The notes under the pieces are model-generated. The model had not been told where the DNA came from. It was given only the letters and a program-made list of their open reading frames with translations, and ran no database searches. Of a stretch of 64,000 bases of DNA, positions 58,091-64,000 are shown piece by piece. Origin of the DNA: a virus; IMG/VR virus record IMGVR_UViG_3300035142_000030, positions 1 to 64,000 of that record, one strand, 5' to 3'. Every line of letters begins with the position of its first letter. The first letter of the stretch is position 1. The position numbers and the translations under genes are program-made.

Positions 58091-58378
58091 ATGAAACAAG
58101 AAGAGATTATACAAAACAATAAACTTATTGCTGAGTTTATGACAGGACAAAGCAAAGAATCGACAGTATTTATGGATTTGAACCGTTCTGCAAATGATTT
58201 AGAATATCATTCATCTTGGGATTGGTTAATGCCTGTAATTAATAAAATATATGAAATTCCTTTAAATCATGGGTGGTTTAGAATTAAATATATTATAGAC
58301 TCTTTTTATCCTATGGATATTGAAAAGACTTATAAAGAAGTTGTGGAGTATATTGAATGGTATAACGAAAACAAATAA
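58091..58378 (+). CDS. Hypothetical phage protein
   Basis: NKLIAEFM...YHSSWDWLMPV..KI motif. Confidence 0.65.
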   Translation: MKQEEIIQNNKLIAEFMTGQSKESTVFMDLNRSANDLEYHSSWDWLMPVINKIYEIPLNHGWFRIKYIIDSFYPMDIEKTYKEVVEYIEWYNENK

Positions 58379-58414
58379 TTAATTTATTTAAAAAAATTTT
58401 AAACATATAAGGAT

Positions 58415-58579
58415 ATGAAGACAAAAAAAGAACTACAAAAAGAAAATAAAGAATTAAAAGAATCTTTAAAAGATATAATTCGACAAGTAGAATATCCACA
58501 AAGATCATTAAGTGACAGGAATGGAATTATGATACAAAAACCAATATTAAAGATAAAAATATTAGATTTAGTTTCATAG
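58415..58579 (+). CDS. 54-aa hypothetical protein
   Basis: Translated by hand (MKTKKELQKENKEL...). Confidence 0.45.
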   Translation: MKTKKELQKENKELKESLKDIIRQVEYPQRSLSDRNGIMIQKPILKIKILDLVS

Positions 58580-58605
58580 TTTAATAGTTAATTTTAGTTG
58601 ATTTA

Positions 58606-58636
58606 AAGGCCTGTATTTAATCGTACAGGCTTTTTT
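58606..58636 (+). terminator. Rho-independent terminator
   Basis: AAGGCCTGTA...TACAGGCTTTTTT. Confidence 0.7.
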
Positions 58637-58891
58637 AATATAATATACCTCATAGGATATAAAATAGCCTTAAAAGCCTTAAATTATATCTTTTCGGGTA
58701 TAATTACACGCATAAACTAGGAATTAACAATAATTATAACTATATTTGTAACTCTATTAGTAATAGTACCCAGAACCAAATAACAATTAATATGAATTAA
58801 CGAGATGTAGACCGGCCTGGCGATAAATCCAGAAGAACACACAAGAAAAGGAATTATAAAAACAAGTGTTAAACTTATTTTTATTGTACAA

Positions 58892-58925
58892 ATAGCCTGG
58901 TTTAAATTAGATCAGGTTATTTTTT
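58892..58925 (+). terminator. Rho-independent terminator-like hairpin
   Basis: ATAGCCTGGTTTAA-A-TTAGATCAGGTTAT plus T run. Confidence 0.55.
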
Positions 58926-59771
58926 ATGCTTAAAGATTAAGTTTATTAAGTCTAAATAAACGTTAAAAGCCTAGATATTAAGATTTAAACCCTCTGAGAA
59001 TTGAATATTTGAAACGCTCATGCACTATGATACTGTACAGATTACTCTCAAGGACTTAAATATTAAGAACTTAAACAAATAACACGCATAAACCATAAAT
59101 CAAACATAAAATCCTTTCAAGGATATTACATATATAAGAAAGAGACAATAACAAAAAAAAACATCAATATAATAAATAATAAATACCAGCAAACTATTTA
59201 ACAATTATTATATATTTCTGTTTGCTGGATAGAATAGAGTAAGTATTTGGACAGGAAATAGATATAAATAGTATTTTAACTCCGTTAGAATTGGATATTC
59301 ATATCTATTGTGTAATATGATAGATGATATTATAAAGAATCTGTATTAAATAGATAGAATATAGTGTTATTTCAGCTAAAATATACCTTTTTGACTCACA
59401 TTTTTAGTTAAAATATCATATTTAATAATCAGGCACTTATATAATTTTGGTCTCAGTTCCACACAGCGCGAAGACCAACTTTTGAAGATTTAATATACCT
59501 CAGTTATTATCTTAGATATATAGAGAGGATTTTAACAGGATATTAGTATTATTAAAGAATGGGCAAGCTCATCAACTAATAATATATAGCATACTACTAT
59601 GTTATACCAAGTGTTTCAAAATGGAACACTTTTAGGTAAAATAAACCCAACCTATTTTTTAGGTTGGGAACAAAAAAGGCTGTAAGGCTTATAAATACTA
59701 AAGAATTGTGAAAAACGATAAATTGATTATTTGTCCAATAATTAGTATTTTGTTAATATGATTATGAGACA

Positions 59772-60368
59772 TTATAGCACATCAGGCTTGAACTCAAAGA
59801 TATATGCTTTATGCCTAGTTTCATCTTTTAAATATCGATTAATTGTTTTGCGATCTACACCGAAATGTTTAGCCGCATCGACAACAGAATCAAACTGTAA
59901 TTGTTCCCTGGTTTGTATGTGTGTGGTTAATATAGGTTTTTTCTTTGCATTTGACATTTTTATGCGTGTTTCAAGGTTGTGCGGAGGTTTTATTTTGCCT
60001 TTCCAATAACTATTCCTTTGTCCTGTCTGAAAGGATTTTAATATGTTTTCGCTATGAGTTACCCACTCTAAGTTAGATATATGATTATTTAACTTATCGT
60101 GGTCAATATGGTTAACCTCTTTCTTATATTTATTGTCGCTATATCCCTTGAAAGTGATTAATACGAGCCTATGAGCGAAGAATATCTTTGTGCGTGGTTT
60201 ATCTCTGTTCTCTTCTGTCTTCTCTTGCGTAAGATGGTATAATATATAGCCACAACTATTTAGTTGAGGTTTTAAGAATCTTTGCTTTCTGATAGAATAC
60301 ACATCACCGTTTTCATATATATAATATAAGTTTTCAAATCCTGGTAACATTATTGTTTTTCTTTTCAT
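59772..60368 (-). CDS. Free-standing HNH homing endonuclease (NUMOD4-HNH-NUMOD3/NUMOD1 type)
   Basis: PGFENLYYI.ENG, AHRLV, EVNHIDHDKLNNHISNLEWVTHSEN, ETRIKMS, FDSVVDAAKHFG. Confidence 0.88.
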   Translation of the reverse strand: MKRKTIMLPGFENLYYIYENGDVYSIRKQRFLKPQLNSCGYILYHLTQEKTEENRDKPRTKIFFAHRLVLITFKGYSDNKYKKEVNHIDHDKLNNHISNLEWVTHSENILKSFQTGQRNSYWKGKIKPPHNLETRIKMSNAKKKPILTTHIQTREQLQFDSVVDAAKHFGVDRKTINRYLKDETRHKAYIFEFKPDVL

Positions 60369-60744
60369 AATGAATTATTTAATTAATATTGATGTGTGAC
60401 AAATGTACAAAATATAATTAATATATACAAATTGCTTTTTCTTTGGCTCAAACATTTAGGAAGGAAATAATACTAGGAGTATGTTTATTTACTTAATACA
60501 GACGATCTGATGCACTTTTATAGTATGAGCGGATACTTTTTCATTTTCAATAAGTTAATGTCTTTAAAGGGGTTAATTTTAAAGGGGGTAGGTTCGCAAA
60601 TTTCGTTTTAGGTTAGCAAGTGACACCCCTCATTTTATATCTTTAAGCCCATATAGAGAATAGTACAAACATTTTAAATCCTTAAAATATACACTATTAG
60701 CTATAATAATCAGTAATAAATTATGATATTAACTATTTTATCCT

Positions 60745-60752
60745 TATATTTG
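60745..60752 (+). promoter_or_regulatory. -7 promoter element upstream of cassette array 3
   Basis: TATATTTG about 80 nt before the first attC-like arm. Confidence 0.5.
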
Positions 60753-60929
60753 TATAAAATAAAATATAATATGTGAATGTACTAAGTTTATTTGATGAGA
60801 TATCATCAAAGCTACTTCATCTTAATGGAGTCTAATGGTTGAGTATATGAGTAGTGTCCCAAACGTACAGTGGGACGCACATAAATTTTAAAAAATGTAC
60901 AAACGAGAATATAAACTATAAAAACACGA

Positions 60930-61346
60930 GTGATGAAAAATTTAAAACAGGCATTAATTGAAAATATCGCTGACATTTTAGATAGTGAAGATGTACGGTG
61001 TGAAGAGGTGTTAAACGGAATTTCCGACCCGATAAAAAGAGAAAAAAGCGAGTTGCATATAAGGATGGCAGAAGCTGCACTTGCTGAATACAAAAGAACG
61101 TGCGAGGACAGGGCAATGGAATTAGATATTGAAATATTTGACAAAAACAGAAAGGTATTACATATAGGTAGTATTATAAGCCGTTATTTATTTAAACTTG
61201 CAGAAAAGCACGATAAAGATGTTGAAGATTTACTACTAGGTATAGAACTAAGCCAACCAATTAGAGATGATGGAAAGAACATCATAGAATTAGTGGACTT
61301 AGACCTTAATAGAATTGACAAGGTTTTATGTTCTAATGGCTTATAA
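60930..61346 (+). CDS. Cassette-type protein spanning an attC-like arm (KVLHIGSIISRY)
   Basis: Stop TAA lies inside the TTATAAC core of the next site. Confidence 0.55.
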   Translation: MMKNLKQALIENIADILDSEDVRCEEVLNGISDPIKREKSELHIRMAEAALAEYKRTCEDRAMELDIEIFDKNRKVLHIGSIISRYLFKLAEKHDKDVEDLLLGIELSQPIRDDGKNIIELVDLDLNRIDKVLCSNGL

Positions 61347-61623
61347 CGTTGAATGTATGGGTAGGGCGTGAAATACCTGCAGCCCTACACGCGATAGATA
61401 AACATTAAATAACATAAATAGCGAACGATTATGAAACACGTAATAGAATTACTTACAGAACAATTAGAATTGATTAGTGACGAAATAAGATATGCAGAAG
61501 GTGAAGAACTGAAACAGTTAGACTGCAGAAACACAGAAATAGGGACTGCTCTTAAAATACTGCAGTTAGTGAGCGGTGTAAATACGGAGAACGAACAAGC
61601 CTTACCTATACATATTGTTAGGG
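61341..61623. repeat. Large attC-like site whose loop holds the start and about 55 codons of the 61431 gene
   Basis: TTATAAC-GTTGA-ATGTATGGGTAGGGCGTG / CAAGCCTTACCTATACAT-ATT-GTTAGGG (17 of 18 paired, two G-T on +). Confidence 0.8.
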
Positions 61624-61826
61624 TTTGTGCTTGGGAGGATGCTGCAGACGAGGATAAAGTACCATTTTTAGAAAAAGCTGCAGAACTTGCAGGTGATTCA
61701 ATGTTTTGTACGCGCGTTTGGAGTGCGTGGGGAGTTGGAACTATGAGCGAGAACGACTTTGTTGATGCTGCAGATGATGATGATTACGTATACGAAATAG
61801 CAAAAGCGATTTGGGAGGGGTATTAA
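61431..61826 (+). CDS. Two-part cassette protein (junction ALPIHIVRVC)
   Basis: 131 aa; C-terminal half lies in the body GTTAGGGTT...AACCCTAAC. Confidence 0.65.
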   Translation: MKHVIELLTEQLELISDEIRYAEGEELKQLDCRNTEIGTALKILQLVSGVNTENEQALPIHIVRVCAWEDAADEDKVPFLEKAAELAGDSMFCTRVWSAWGVGTMSENDFVDAADDDDYVYEIAKAIWEGY

Positions 61827-61924
61827 CCCTAACGCCTTAAAGCGTAAACTCCGTTACATGGAGAACGTAGTTCGGGAATGTAACGAGTTTAAAATGCTGT
61901 AATGGAGTTTACGCATAGTTACAA
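61827..61924. repeat. attC-like site
   Basis: CCCTAAC-GCCTTAAA-GCGTAAACTCCGTTACA / TGTAATGGAGTTTACGC-ATA-GTTACAA. Confidence 0.82.
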
Positions 61925-61976
61925 ACCGTGCCAATGGCACAAAGATTATTAGAATGTTGAACTTAAAATAAATTTT

Positions 61977-62126
61977 ATGAAACGTTTATGTAAAATGAAA
62001 CCATATTATGTAATACCAAGAGTATTTTATATATATGCTGGCTATACTGGATTAGATAATGGATTAGCAATAGGTTGGCTTGGCAGAATGTTTATTATAA
62101 TTATTCCTGTTAATGAAAGGGAATAA
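61977..62126 (+). CDS. 49-aa hydrophobic cassette protein
   Basis: Translated by hand (MKRLCKMKPYYVIPRVFYIY...). Confidence 0.45.
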   Translation: MKRLCKMKPYYVIPRVFYIYAGYTGLDNGLAIGWLGRMFIIIIPVNERE

Positions 62127-62465
62127 AATTTATGCATTTTAGCTTTAAGGCGTTACAAAACCATAGGCAAACAGTGGAAACGGTGAGCGAAGCGAATAAG
62201 TTTCGTTTGCCGTGCCTCGATGGCATGGTTTTGTAACGTACGTGTATACGCCTGTTGGTATGATTATTAATAGTATAAACTTAAATTAATAAATAATAAA
62301 ATTACGTAAATTCGCAAAAATAATAAAGACAACGAAAACAGATTTGCAGAAATGATAATACCCAGAAAAGATATTGATATAATAATTAAGAGACAAAGAT
62401 CAATATTATAACAAAGTGTTAATCAAAAATTGAATGAATAATAAACGTATTAAATATATAATATT

Positions 62466-62633
62466 ATGATAGAGCGATTTGAAGCTTTAATAGGACAATA
62501 TGAAGCTGAACTAAAGAAATTACTTAATGAATTTCGAAAAGCTGAACCATCTCCACATAAATCTGAATTAGAGATTATGATTAGGGAAAAAAAAAGAGTA
62601 ATTTCTGATTTAAAGTGGGTTTTAGTTTATTAG
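62466..62633 (+). CDS. 55-aa hypothetical protein
   Basis: Translated by hand (MIERFEALIGQYEAEL...). Confidence 0.5.
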   Translation: MIERFEALIGQYEAELKKLLNEFRKAEPSPHKSELEIMIREKKRVISDLKWVLVY

Positions 62634-62681
62634 AATAACAAACTTTAAAAAATTATTAAAAATTTATAAAAAATATGAGCG

Positions 62682-62855
62682 ATGGTAACAAGCGACAATT
62701 ATTACGAAAAGAAAATTAAAAACAGTATTGGGAAAAGATTCACACAAAAAGAAGCAATTGAATTTGAAAGAGAAATGATTAATTCCCCAACTGGCACTAA
62801 CAATTATACATGGTTTGATAGTAAAACAAAACAGCCAATTGCGTTTAATTATTGA
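62682..62855 (+). CDS. 57-aa hypothetical protein
   Basis: Translated by hand (MVTSDNYYEKK...); stops 2 nt before an attC-like core. Confidence 0.5.
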   Translation: MVTSDNYYEKKIKNSIGKRFTQKEAIEFEREMINSPTGTNNYTWFDSKTKQPIAFNY

Positions 62856-62856
62856 G

Positions 62857-62920
62857 CGGTAACGGTGGCAATAAGATTAAGCGTAGCGACCCGTAGGGTT
62901 AATTTTATTGCGTGTTATAC
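62857..62920. repeat. attC-like site upstream of the methyltransferase
   Basis: CGGTAAC-GGTG-GCAATAAGATTAA / TTAATTTTATTGC-GT-GTTATAC. Confidence 0.8.
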
Positions 62921-62951
62921 ACTAGCACGAATTATTACTAAAGATGATTAA

Positions 62952-63932
62952 ATGAACGAAAGTAGCAATAACAGTTTTTTGAGCGTTGGTGGAAAAGCCG
63001 AAGGGATAAATGTAGTAAGTATGTTTGATGGTGCAAGCTGTGGACAAATAGCTTTAGAAAAAGCAAAAGTAATGGTAAAAAATTATGTTGCTTCTGAAAT
63101 AAAGCCACATGCTATAGTAACATCTAAATTACATTACCCAAACACTATACATGTTGGAGATGTTAGATACTTGCATGTAGTAAATACGGGTGTTGAAGTT
63201 AATATTAATAGAGCACAATATAGAACAATAGGAATTGGATTAATTGATTTAATAATCGGTGGTAGCCCCTGCAAAGGGATAAGCAGATTAAACAAAAATC
63301 AAGAAGGGTTAAAGCACAAGGAAAGTATTTTATTTTGGGAGTTTGTGAGGGTTTTAGAACAAGCTAAACTGTGTAACCCAGATGTATATTTTTTACTTGA
63401 AAATACGCACGGAAATAAAGAAGCAACTCAAATAATAACTGAGACATTAGGCGTTAAACCTATTAGCATTAACAGTAAACTTGTTACAGCACAAAATAGA
63501 CCTAGATACTATTGGACAAATATACCAGGCATTGAGCAACCAAAAGACAAAGGAATAACGACCAACGATGTTTTTAAATACAACGGGGACATAGTAGATG
63601 ATTGTAGGGTAAAATGGCTTAATAACGATAGTGGTAAAAACTCTGTAAAAAAAGGATACACAAGAATAAACCCTTACCCTAAAAGTGGTTGCTTAACTGC
63701 CAATGGACATAAAAAATGGAACGAGAATTATTTGTATAAAGATGGTGTGTACAGATATTTATCTAAAGAAGAGCTAGAGGTATTGCAAACATTTCCAATT
63801 GGATATACAAAACATTTAAGTTATGATGATGCTTATGATTTAATTGGCGAGGCTTGGACGATTGATATTATAGCACATATATTTTCTTATTTGCCGATAG
63901 GCAAAAGAGGGGGAGAAAAAGATGTATGTTAA
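62952..63932 (+). CDS. C5-cytosine DNA methyltransferase
   Basis: SMFDG (motif I), GGSPC (IV), FLLENT (VI), QNRPRYYW (VIII), LQTFP and IGEAWT (IX/X). Confidence 0.9.
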   Translation: MNESSNNSFLSVGGKAEGINVVSMFDGASCGQIALEKAKVMVKNYVASEIKPHAIVTSKLHYPNTIHVGDVRYLHVVNTGVEVNINRAQYRTIGIGLIDLIIGGSPCKGISRLNKNQEGLKHKESILFWEFVRVLEQAKLCNPDVYFLLENTHGNKEATQIITETLGVKPISINSKLVTAQNRPRYYWTNIPGIEQPKDKGITTNDVFKYNGDIVDDCRVKWLNNDSGKNSVKKGYTRINPYPKSGCLTANGHKKWNENYLYKDGVYRYLSKEELEVLQTFPIGYTKHLSYDDAYDLIGEAWTIDIIAHIFSYLPIGKRGGEKDVC

Positions 63933-64000
63933 TAGCAGCGGCTATTAGACCAGATGTTTTTATTGATGCCGGGATTATTTTTGTTGTCATGATTATTGGA

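Noticed and set aside
59772-60368. Group I intron or intein around the HNH gene
   Set aside because: The gene is free-standing with its own promoter-like element (60400-60407, minus) and no interrupted host gene

Overview
About 64 kb of an AT-rich dsDNA phage genome, most likely a crAss-like podovirus of a Bacteroidota host (TAnnTTTG promoters, A-rich translation starts without Shine-Dalgarno). 1-30.9 kb (+) is the virion and lysis module: terminase (starting before the window), portal, major capsid, ring/tail-tube proteins, tail stabilisation protein, large internal proteins, M15 endolysin, holin and spanin candidates. 31-41 kb (+) holds recombination/replication-accessory genes (SMC-like ATPase, NinB-like, SSB-like, 3'-5' exonuclease, RuvC-like, DnaA domain IV, GH73). 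41-57.7 kb (-) holds GroES-like, HAD/kinase, DUF3127 SSB, HNH and many small early genes. 57.7-60.8 kb is a mostly non-coding divergent region with an HNH gene. 60.8-64 kb (+) has small genes and a C5 DNA methyltransferase. The standout observation is three arrays of integron attC-like sites (about 31.0-32.65 kb, 45.6-52.2 kb, 60.8-62.9 kb). They delimit gene cassettes whose ends are reverse-complementary over 9-16 bp, and include a nested insertion, empty cassettes and a cassette-like tRNA-containing RNA. The genes run antisense to the canonical attC top strand and several start inside the attC loop. No integrase is visible in the window. All protein calls come from motif recognition and synteny only; no searches were run.
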